Source: an uncultured Gemmatimonadaceae bacterium (GTDB lineage: Bacteria; Gemmatimonadota; Gemmatimonadetes; Gemmatimonadales; Gemmatimonadaceae). From it: a stretch of 64,000 bases of DNA. A program made the position numbers and the translations under genes. Below the pieces are notes generated by a model. It saw only the letters and a program-made list of their open reading frames with translations, ran no database searches and was not told where the DNA came from. Shown piece after piece: positions 20,150 to 28,562 of the stretch. Position 1 is the stretch's first letter; each line of letters begins with the position of its first letter. The DNA is taken from NCBI GenBank assembly GCA_963829055.1, contig CAWHHI010000008.1:128001-192000 (forward strand), written 5' to 3'.

Positions 20150-21220
20150 TATCCCGCCCCGGCAGTTCGCCGACCGCTGCGCACCGCGATGATCTCTGCG
20201 AGCACGCTCAACGCGATCTCCTGCGGCGTGCGTGCGCCAATGTCGAGGCCGACGGGGATGTGAACACGAGCCATCTCATCGCTGCCGGTCCCGTTGCCTG
20301 CGAGAAACTCACGTATGGCGTTCTTGCGGCGATGGCTGCCGAGGACACCGATGTATCCGACGCGACTTCGAAGCGCCACCTCGAGCACCGGGAGATCGTA
20401 CTTGAAGTCGTGCGACACGAGCACCAGAGCGGTCGCTGGTGAAAGTGGCGAGTCGGCGATGAGCTCGGACGGCATTCCCACGAGCAACGTGTCCGCCGCG
20501 GGAAACCGGTCGCGGGTCGCCCAGCGATCGCGGCCGTCGATGACGGTCGTATGGAATCCCAACAAGCCCGCCATCTGCACCAGCGACACCGCAACGTCGG
20601 TCGCGCCAACAACGATCAGCGATGGAAGCGACGCGTGTACCTGCACGAACACGTCGATTGTCCCGGTCGCCACCGGAATGGGCACCACGCCAGCGGCGCG
20701 CGCATCGATGAGATCGTTGGCAACGCTTGCCAGGCCGGCGTCCAGCTCGGCGGAGCCCAATGAGCCAATGCGAGTGCCATCGTTCGAGCACGACGAGTCG
20801 ATGCGGATGATCGCCGAGGGCGGCCGCTTCGATTGCCGTCCGCCCGGACCTCACCGCATCTCGCACTGCATCGGTGGCGAGAGCGAGCGGATCGTCACGC
20901 CGCGTGACATCGACCGGCTCGACGAGAACGTCGACGTTCCCGGCGCACGTCATGCCGAACGCCCATGCATCCTCGTCGCCGAGCGGCAGCGACACGCGCG
21001 CGCACTTGCCGCTGCGAAGCGCTTCCTCGGCGAGCTCCACGGCGCGCGCGTCGATGCAACCGCCAATGGTGACCGACCCGACGATCGCGCCATGGTCATC
21101 GACCCACATGGTTTCGCCGAGACGGCGTATCGCGCCGCCGGTCGTCGCAACCAGCGTGACGACCGCGGCCCGACGTCCCTTCTCGCGCAACTCGGTGATT
21201 CGGTCGGCCGTCAAAGTCAT
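20149..21220 (-). CDS. xdhC: XdhC/CoxI molybdoenzyme maturation factor, frameshift near 20782
   Basis: GSVTIGGCID and GMTCAG (N-terminal frame); SHDFKYD, YIGVLGS and PVGLDIGARTPQEIALS (C-terminal frame). Confidence 0.88.
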
Positions 21221-21444
21221 CGATGAGCCATCGCTCGCCACGCACTGTCGCGGTCACGTCAACCAACGCCGGAATATCGACGAGGGTCCACAGCGTAACA
21301 AGCCGGACGGCTTGGCTTCGACGTCGATTTTCGCCGATCCGGCATTGCGCGGAGACGAGGTGCTCGTAAGACTCCTCCGCCTGTACCGGCACATACGCTC
21401 ACCACTGACGTGGGCACCGTAGATGATGACCCTCGCCCTCATTG

Positions 21445-22650
21445 ATGCGCGCCTCTGTTCTCGCCAGCGCCATTTGCGCTTCGCTTCTCCTATGCACTGC
21501 CCCCGGCGTCTCGCGAGCGCAGGATTCCACCTCCGCCACCGAAAAAGCGTGGTATGATCGGTTGACGTTTCGCGGATACGCGCAGTTCAGGTACAACCGC
21601 CTCCTCGAGACGAACGAGCTGCTGAAGTGCCCGACCTGCGATCGGTCCATCGGCGCGAACGGCGGATTCTTCCTGCGGCGCGCACGGCTCGCAATGCTCT
21701 ACGAGGTGAACGATCACATCACGGTGAGCATTCAACCGGACTTCAGTTCGGAGGTCGGCGGGCGCGAGAACACGCTCGTGCTGCGGCAGTATTTCGCGGA
21801 CCTCTATTTCGACAGTGCGCGAACCCTGCGAGCGAGAATCGGCCAGAGTGAAGTGCCAACAGGATTCGAAGCCCTGCAGTCCAGCGGTCGACGCACGCCG
21901 CTGGACCGCAGTGACGCCATGGAGAGCACCACGCCAGGCGAGCAAGAGCTCGGCGTGTTTTTCTACTGGACGCCGTCCGCTGTGAAGCGGCGCATCCGCA
22001 CGCTCGCCACCTCGCAGTTGAAGGGCGCGGGCGATTACGGCGCGGTCGCGCTAGGCGTGTACAACGGCCAGGGTGGCAATCGGGCAGAGGCGAACGACGA
22101 ACGGCACGTCGTCGCGCGCATTGCGTACCCCTTCATCGTCCGCGGTCAGTACGTGGAGGTGAACGCGCACGCGCTCGCCGGGACGTATACGATCGCGACC
22201 GGGCAGCGCGCACCCGGAGTGGGTGGCGATGACGACTTCGCCGACCGTCGAGTCGGTGGGTCGTTGATCATCTACCCACAGCCGCTCGGCCTTCAGGGGG
22301 AGTGGACTGTCGGTCGCGGACCTCAGTACGACGCGACCACGAACTCCATCGAGGACCGATCGCTTCGTGGCGGATATGCGATGATGTCGTATTCCTTCGA
22401 CTTCGCCGGTCCGCACCGCGTGGTGGCGTATGCGCGTGCGCAGTACTTCCAGGGCGGGTTCAAGACCGATCCCGATGCGCGCAGCTCGGTCGTTCACGAG
22501 TACGAGCCGGGCCTCGAGTGGACGCTCAACGAGGGACTCGAGTTCACCGCGGCCTACGCGATCTCGGATCGTCTCTACCGCGATAGTGTCGCGCCCAACA
22601 ATCACCAGCGCGGGCAGTTCCTGCGACTGCAGGCCCAGGTCAGCTTCTGA
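21445..22650 (+). CDS. Outer-membrane porin (OprO/OprP-like)
   Basis: Signal peptide, FFLRRARL, GQSEVPTGFE, GVYNGQG, alternating beta-strand pattern and C-terminal F. Confidence 0.8.
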   Translation: MRASVLASAICASLLLCTAPGVSRAQDSTSATEKAWYDRLTFRGYAQFRYNRLLETNELLKCPTCDRSIGANGGFFLRRARLAMLYEVNDHITVSIQPDFSSEVGGRENTLVLRQYFADLYFDSARTLRARIGQSEVPTGFEALQSSGRRTPLDRSDAMESTTPGEQELGVFFYWTPSAVKRRIRTLATSQLKGAGDYGAVALGVYNGQGGNRAEANDERHVVARIAYPFIVRGQYVEVNAHALAGTYTIATGQRAPGVGGDDDFADRRVGGSLIIYPQPLGLQGEWTVGRGPQYDATTNSIEDRSLRGGYAMMSYSFDFAGPHRVVAYARAQYFQGGFKTDPDARSSVVHEYEPGLEWTLNEGLEFTAAYAISDRLYRDSVAPNNHQRGQFLRLQAQVSF

Positions 22651-23668
22651 CGTCGTCCTGAGGATCAGCTGCCGGCTGCTCCGGGACGGCGCGCCATCGA
22701 AGCGACCAGTGACGCGTCGCGCCGGCTTCGAGCCAGTGCGCATTTTTCCACGCGCCGAGCGCTTCCTCGAGCGTGTCCGGCGCGCCGATGCAGGGCTCGA
22801 ACGAGAGATGCGTGTACGGCTTCCCGCGCTTGAGCGGCGTCCACGCGCCACGGTTTATCCACAGCCCGAAGTTCGGGACTTCATCGACCTTGAACATCAC
22901 TTCGAGGCGCAATCCATCCTCGATGACGGCGGCTCGTCCTTCACGCATTTCGAGAAAAAGCTTGCACGCATAACGTTTCGCGACGCCGAATGGGTTCGAC
23001 ATGTCGAGCAGCCGTCCGGATGACCGCACCATGGGCCAGCGAAGATCGGTCGCGCCGACGCCGAGCGCGATCTCGTGCTGCGCGTAGACGTGCATGCGTG
23101 TGGCAGCCGGGAATTCGATCCGCGTGGCGCTCGTTAGGTTGAGAATCGGGTGTGCCGCCCAGACGAACGGCACACGATCGGTGCCCGTGTTCGTTGCCTC
23201 GTAGCGGCACTCCACCTCACCCGTCGGCGTCACGCGAACCTCGCGCGTGAAGCGGTACGGCATGCGGCGCCCCATCCAGGTCGTCGTCGCGCTCTGCCCT
23301 TCGGGTGACGTGCGTACGTCGATCGTCGGGATCTGAGACCAGAGCTCACCGTGATCGGGGAGTTGCGCGCCACCGAAGCCACGCACCCACGTCGGAACCT
23401 TGCTCGCGCCTCTATTCGGAAAGCACTCGTCATACCCGCCCGTATCCGCCGTCTCGGCGTAGGACGCGCTCTCGTCAGGCACCGTGTACGGCGTGACATC
23501 GCTGCTCCAGAGCCACTGACGTCCACCGAGCTCGAGGTGCGCGATCTTGCCGCCCAGCGCAGGCACAATCAGCACGCGCGATCCGCCACCGCGCAGCTCG
23601 GCGAACCCGAAATCCTCGAAGCGCGGCGTAGGCTCCGCGGGGCGAGACCGTCCGAAGAAGGACTTCAG
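22640..23668 (-). CDS. Aldose 1-epimerase/galactose mutarotase-like protein (probable CTG start at 23668; first GTG at 23575)
   Basis: VPALGGKI, GGYDECFP, DHGELW, WAAHP and FEPC motifs. Confidence 0.75.
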   Translation of the reverse strand: MKSFFGRSRPAEPTPRFEDFGFAELRGGGSRVLIVPALGGKIAHLELGGRQWLWSSDVTPYTVPDESASYAETADTGGYDECFPNRGASKVPTWVRGFGGAQLPDHGELWSQIPTIDVRTSPEGQSATTTWMGRRMPYRFTREVRVTPTGEVECRYEATNTGTDRVPFVWAAHPILNLTSATRIEFPAATRMHVYAQHEIALGVGATDLRWPMVRSSGRLLDMSNPFGVAKRYACKLFLEMREGRAAVIEDGLRLEVMFKVDEVPNFGLWINRGAWTPLKRGKPYTHLSFEPCIGAPDTLEEALGAWKNAHWLEAGATRHWSLRWRAVPEQPAADPQDDVRS

Positions 23669-24939
23669 GGGACCGGCTCGTCGAGAACGGCGACACCCGC
23701 AGCGCGCACGTCGATTCCACGACTCGCGAAGATCCGCGTAATTGTCTCGCCGATCTTGTTGTTAGGCGTGCTCGCACCAGCAGTCAGCCCGACCCGGACG
23801 CCATCGTGAATCGGCATCCAGTCGGTCGCCACCGCTTCGCTATGCTTGACCCCCGCCGGCCGGTACGTGATGCGATGCATGTCGGGCTCGATGCTCGTCG
23901 CATCCTCGATATGGTACGTGGGCACGCGGTCCGCGCATAACGCGGCGAGCGATATCGTGTTGCTCGAGTTGTAGCCGCCGATGACGACCATCACGTCCAG
24001 TGGCTCCCGGAGGAGATCTTCGACCGCGTCCTGGCGATCCTGCGTTGCCGAGCAGATCGTGTCGAACGTGCGGAAATTCGCTGCCCGGTAGTCGTCGCCG
24101 TAGCGCCGAGCCATGGCCCGACCAGCTTCCTCGCCGATCGCCAGCGATTCACGCGCGAGCATCGTCGTCTGGTTCGCGACGCCAATCCGTCGCAGATGCA
24201 CATCCGGATCGAAGCCGGGAGACGCTGCGCGCGCGAAGCGCGCCAGGAACTCGTCGCGCGTTCCGCGGCCCTCGATGTACTCACAGACGAGTTGCGCCTC
24301 GCTCATGTCGCGGACCACGAGGAACGCGCCGCCGGGATATCGCTCCACCTGGGACGCGGTCGCGCGAGTCTCTTCGTGGTAGTGCTTGCCATGGATGAGC
24401 GCGGTGAACCCATCGCGCGCGTAGCTCTCCACGCGCTTCCAGACGTTGAGGACCGACCCACACGTGGTGTCGACGACGACGCAGCCGAGCCCGCGGAGAG
24501 TCTCGAAGTCGCGGACCGTCACGCCGAACGCGGGCAGAATCACGACATCCGACACAGACACACCAGCGTAGTCGAAAACCGGTTTACCGTCTGCGTCCTG
24601 GCCGGGCGCGAGGATCTGGATCCCCATCTCGCCCAACCGGCGGTTGACGTGCGGGTTGTGGATGATCTCGCCAACCAGGAGAATCCGGCGATCCGGAAAC
24701 TTCCGACGGGTCTGATAGGCGTACTCGACCGCCCGCTCGACACCGTAACAGAAGCCAAATTCCCGGGCGAGCCGGACCGTGACAGCCCCGATGGTCAGAG
24801 TGTGGTCGTGCTCGCGGAGCAGGTCGACCAGCGAGCCGTCGTAATCGGCCGCCAGCGTCCCTTCGACCTCACCCTTGAGCCCGAATCCCTTGCGAAAGTA
24901 CGTCGCGGGTGGCGTCGATCCCTGCTCTGGTACCGTCAT
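23665..24939 (-). CDS. ispH: 4-hydroxy-3-methylbut-2-enyl diphosphate reductase
   Basis: FGFCYGVERA, IIHNP, DTTC, QTT, TICSATQDRQ, SSNT and TAGASTP motifs. Confidence 0.95.
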   Translation of the reverse strand: MTVPEQGSTPPATYFRKGFGLKGEVEGTLAADYDGSLVDLLREHDHTLTIGAVTVRLAREFGFCYGVERAVEYAYQTRRKFPDRRILLVGEIIHNPHVNRRLGEMGIQILAPGQDADGKPVFDYAGVSVSDVVILPAFGVTVRDFETLRGLGCVVVDTTCGSVLNVWKRVESYARDGFTALIHGKHYHEETRATASQVERYPGGAFLVVRDMSEAQLVCEYIEGRGTRDEFLARFARAASPGFDPDVHLRRIGVANQTTMLARESLAIGEEAGRAMARRYGDDYRAANFRTFDTICSATQDRQDAVEDLLREPLDVMVVIGGYNSSNTISLAALCADRVPTYHIEDATSIEPDMHRITYRPAGVKHSEAVATDWMPIHDGVRVGLTAGASTPNNKIGETITRIFASRGIDVRAAGVAVLDEPVP

Positions 24940-24964
24940 GTGTTAGAATCTAGCAGCCGTCATC

Positions 24965-26023
24965 GTGAGGCGCGAAGCGCCCCACGACCGTCCGTCAGCA
25001 GCATTTCTCCAACGCGCTTTGTCCTCTTCGCTTGATATCGACGCCTGGGATCCTTCGATCGTGACCCCGGAGGAAAACGGTTCCGAGCCACCACCACTGC
25101 TTCGCCCGGCGCCGCTGGTAAAGGGCGAAGCGATCGGCGTGGTTGCCCCATCGTATGCCCCACGGGAGGGGTGGCTTCATCGCGGCGTGAAGGCCCTGGA
25201 ACGCGCGGGCTACGGCGTCATCCTCGATAGCGAGATCGGCACCATGCGGCGCTTCGAGCGGATGGAAGACGAACGTCGGGCCGAGAACTTCATGGGAATG
25301 TGGCTCGACCCGCGCGTGAAAGCGGTGATCGGCGGCACGGGCGGGTACGGGGCGGCGCGAATGATCCCGCACCTCGAGCCCGAGGTGTTTCGCCGGAATC
25401 CGAAAGCGTTCGTCGGCTACTCCGACATCACCGCCCTTCACCTGTGGCTCATGCGCCGGTCGGGATTACGTGTCTTTCACGGGCCAACCGTGGATGACCT
25501 CATCCCGAGTGCGCGCGACCCAACGATGGCGTCGCTGCTCACGGCCCTCACGTCGCCTCGACCGTCCACACGGATGGGGCGCGACGTCTCGCGCGCCGTG
25601 CGCCCAGGGCGCGCGGTCGGCCGACTGACCGGCGGCAATCTCTCGCTCGTCCAGCAGTCGATCGGCACGCCGTACGAGATCGACACACGGGGAGCGATCC
25701 TCTTTGTGGAGGAGACGCGCGACCCCATGTCTTTCGTCGACGAGCGGCTCGTTCACCTGCGTGCCGCCGGCCTACTGCGAAACCTGCGCGGGATCGTCTT
25801 CGGGCACCTCTCGCTCGACCGCTCCGAAGAGGACGAGTTCGAGGACTTTCTGCTCGATCTGGTGTCGGATCTGAAAGTGCCAGTTCTCATGGACTTTCCC
25901 GCTGGCCACGAGATTCCGAACCTCACGCTGCCGATCGGGACTGAGGTCGAGCTGGTCGTCGAGGAGACCACGGGATGGCTGCAGTATCGCGAGGACGCGC
26001 TGGAGGCTCCCCCACAGGACTGA
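24965..26023 (+). CDS. LD-carboxypeptidase (peptidase S66); real start may be ~25060
   Basis: GGYGA, GYSDIT (Ser), GGNL, FVEE (Glu) and AGH (His) motifs. Confidence 0.9.
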   Translation: MRREAPHDRPSAAFLQRALSSSLDIDAWDPSIVTPEENGSEPPPLLRPAPLVKGEAIGVVAPSYAPREGWLHRGVKALERAGYGVILDSEIGTMRRFERMEDERRAENFMGMWLDPRVKAVIGGTGGYGAARMIPHLEPEVFRRNPKAFVGYSDITALHLWLMRRSGLRVFHGPTVDDLIPSARDPTMASLLTALTSPRPSTRMGRDVSRAVRPGRAVGRLTGGNLSLVQQSIGTPYEIDTRGAILFVEETRDPMSFVDERLVHLRAAGLLRNLRGIVFGHLSLDRSEEDEFEDFLLDLVSDLKVPVLMDFPAGHEIPNLTLPIGTEVELVVEETTGWLQYREDALEAPPQD

Positions 26024-26060
26024 TCGACGTCGCGCTCGGCGGGCGTTAGGCGCCGGTAGA

Positions 26061-26477
26061 CTAGGCGACAGTATACGGTGCGAGGCGTTCGATCAGCTCG
26101 GCTGGCAGCGGCCGCTTCTCCAGCGTCGACACGTCGACGGCCACGACGACAAGATAGCCCTTCGCGCGGAGGGTCCCGTCGTCAGCGAACATGTCGAAGT
26201 TGACCGTGAGCGACGTTCGTCCAATCGCGCTCACGTAGGTGCGGATCTCCATGCGCTCATCGAGCCGGGCCGGAGTCATGAACTCCGTGTGCATCACTTT
26301 GCGCGGCAGCGTCACGGCGTGCCGAGCCACCATGTCGTGATACAGCAACCCGACCGCGCGCAGCAGTTCGGACTCCGCGAACTCGAAGAAGCGAAGGTAG
26401 GCGTCGTACCGGATGATGCCGACGATGTCGACGTCGCCCCACCGCACGTACTCGTGCACCACGAACGGCGCACCCAT
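26061..26477 (-). CDS. Acyl-CoA thioesterase (4HBT/YbgC hot-dog fold)
   Basis: VRWGDVDIVGII.Y..YLRFFE motif; 3' end of the 620-aa ORF. Confidence 0.85.
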   Translation of the reverse strand: MGAPFVVHEYVRWGDVDIVGIIRYDAYLRFFEFAESELLRAVGLLYHDMVARHAVTLPRKVMHTEFMTPARLDERMEIRTYVSAIGRTSLTVNFDMFADDGTLRAKGYLVVVAVDVSTLEKRPLPAELIERLAPYTVA

Positions 26478-27058
26478 CACGCTCCCTCGGCGTACTGCGC
26501 CGGCGAGAGGAATGGCGCGAGCGCGTACGCCACGAGCGTCTCGTACGCGCGCTGCCTGTCGACGAGACCCGCCGTGAGAATGCCGACTGCACCGGCGCCG
26601 TGTTTCGTGCCGATGGCTCCGGTGACGCGGTCCATGGCATGCCCCAGTTCGACGCCGTCCCGCACGAGAGCGGCTACGCGTGGTGGCAGCGGCATGGCGA
26701 GCGATCCACCAACACCGACGCGACCATCGCGCGCGACGACCGATGCCCACGCACACGTGCGCATCCCGCCGTCGTCCTCGACGACGCCGCCCTCGAGGCC
26801 GACACCGACATCGGCGTCGCCCGCGGCCAGCGCCGCGCGTGCCCGTTGCGTTGCGCCGCGAATCGTCTCGGCATCGCCGAACGGCTGGTCCCGGACACCT
26901 GACGCGACCGCCACACTCACCACGGACGCGGTCCAACCACAGCGGGCCAACACGGCCGCGACGGCAGCGATTTTCACCGGGTTCGTTGAACCGACGGCGA
27001 CGCGGCTCAGCCGAACACCATCTGTCGTCGGACTCGTTGTGGGTTCGATCACCGACAT
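26477..27058 (-). CDS. yjjX: Inosine/xanthosine triphosphatase (YjjX family)
   Basis: GSTNPVK, SGVRDQP, ET..GA..RA, GLEGG, ELG and GAVGILT motifs. Confidence 0.88.
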   Translation of the reverse strand: MSVIEPTTSPTTDGVRLSRVAVGSTNPVKIAAVAAVLARCGWTASVVSVAVASGVRDQPFGDAETIRGATQRARAALAAGDADVGVGLEGGVVEDDGGMRTCAWASVVARDGRVGVGGSLAMPLPPRVAALVRDGVELGHAMDRVTGAIGTKHGAGAVGILTAGLVDRQRAYETLVAYALAPFLSPAQYAEGA

Positions 27059-27188
27059 GCGTCCTCCACCGGGCGCTGGACGGCGGAAATCTAGCGTCGC
27101 CGGTAGGCCGACGCCCACGATCGCCTGACGCGAACGCGCCAGCTTCCTCGCGGACCTGCTTGCCGGTTTTCCAGAGTGGGCGTAAGCT

Positions 27189-28007
27189 TTGCCGCCCATG
27201 CTCGAGCCTCGCTTCGAACCCACGCTTGCCGACAGTGCTCAGTCGCCGCCATCGACGCGGCGCGAGGGCACGCCATTCATTTTCATCGGCGAACGACTGT
27301 GGCTCGACTTCGTGAACACCGACGATCTGCGTCGCGGCGTGAGGTTCGACGCGCTGCGTGAGTTCGAGACGTTCGTGCAGTGGCTCGAAGCCGCGAATGT
27401 GCTCGACGCCGAGCGTGCCGCTGGATTGCGACGCCGCGCGCAGCAGCAGCCGTCTGGCGCTGGGGCAGCACTCGTGGATGCGCGTCGCGTTCGGGCGTCG
27501 CTGCGCGCACTCGCCGAGCGCGGACACAACACCGAGAAAGCGCGGATCGACACGCTCACCGAGATCAATCGCATCCTCGGCCGCAGCGCGGGAACACGCA
27601 GACTCGAGCCGAAGAGCGACGGGACGTTCGCGCGCAGCTTCGTACCAGTGGGTGACGCGTTCGCCGGCTTGCTGATTCCGGTCGTCGAGAGCGCCGCCGA
27701 TGCGCTGGTGATCGGCGAGTTGTCCAGGATCCGACGATGCGCCGACAGCCGCTGTCCTCGCGTGTTCTACGATGGAACGAAGAATGGGCGACGTCGCTGG
27801 TGCGACATGGCCACCTGTGGGAATCGCGCGAAGGCCGCCCGGCACCGCGTCCGCAGGCGTGAGGCGGGAGACCCGCTGGACGATGCTCGGCCCGACGACG
27901 TACAGCCTCCAGCAATCGAGCAAGGGCGTCGTGGCGCCGGACTCGGTGATGCTCTCGCCGCCGGCTGTGCGCGAGCTGCGCTGACGCGCGTCCGCAGCAA
28001 CGCGTGA
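27189..28007 (+). CDS. ABATE/CGNR zinc-finger domain protein
   Basis: LDFVNT and C...C..VFYD..KN..RRWCDMATCGNRAK motifs. Confidence 0.92.
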   Translation: MPPMLEPRFEPTLADSAQSPPSTRREGTPFIFIGERLWLDFVNTDDLRRGVRFDALREFETFVQWLEAANVLDAERAAGLRRRAQQQPSGAGAALVDARRVRASLRALAERGHNTEKARIDTLTEINRILGRSAGTRRLEPKSDGTFARSFVPVGDAFAGLLIPVVESAADALVIGELSRIRRCADSRCPRVFYDGTKNGRRRWCDMATCGNRAKAARHRVRRREAGDPLDDARPDDVQPPAIEQGRRGAGLGDALAAGCARAALTRVRSNA

Positions 28008-28543
28008 GCCTCGTTAGGGTCGTCCGCACGTATCTCGAGCTACGCTCACCGAACGCCCTCCGCTCCGCAACGCGCGACGACCCCGCCCTGCGTCTCGCAC
28101 GCATGGCGCCCGACGACATCCGGCTATTCAGGGAGTTGTATCACGACGTCGGCCACGCCCATCAGTGGCACGATCGCAACTCGCTCTCTGACAGCGAGCT
28201 GCGGACGCACTTCGAGTCACCCGATGTGGCGCTCTGGGTGCTGTACCACGACGATACCCCGGCAGGATTCTTCGAGCTGCGGCGTCACGCGGACGACAGC
28301 GTCGAGATCGTGTATTTCGGCCTGACGGCCGCGTTCACCGGCCGGGGGCTCGGCAAGCACCTGCTCTCTCGCGCGGCGGAGACTGCGTGGGCCTTCGGCG
28401 CCGAGCGCGTGTGGCTGCACACGTGTACGCTCGACTCACCGGCAGCACTGCCTAACTACCTCGCGCGTGGATTCGAGCCGTACAAGACCGAGACGTACCA
28501 GGCGGTCGTTCGCGACGATCAGCCGGAGACGCCTAACGACTGA
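28004..28543 (+). CDS. GNAT acetyltransferase
   Basis: YFGL...GRGLGKHLL and WLHTCTLDSPAALPNYLARGF motifs. Confidence 0.9.
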   Translation: MSLVRVVRTYLELRSPNALRSATRDDPALRLARMAPDDIRLFRELYHDVGHAHQWHDRNSLSDSELRTHFESPDVALWVLYHDDTPAGFFELRRHADDSVEIVYFGLTAAFTGRGLGKHLLSRAAETAWAFGAERVWLHTCTLDSPAALPNYLARGFEPYKTETYQAVVRDDQPETPND

Positions 28544-28562
28544 CGCCCGGTCCCGGCTGCCC

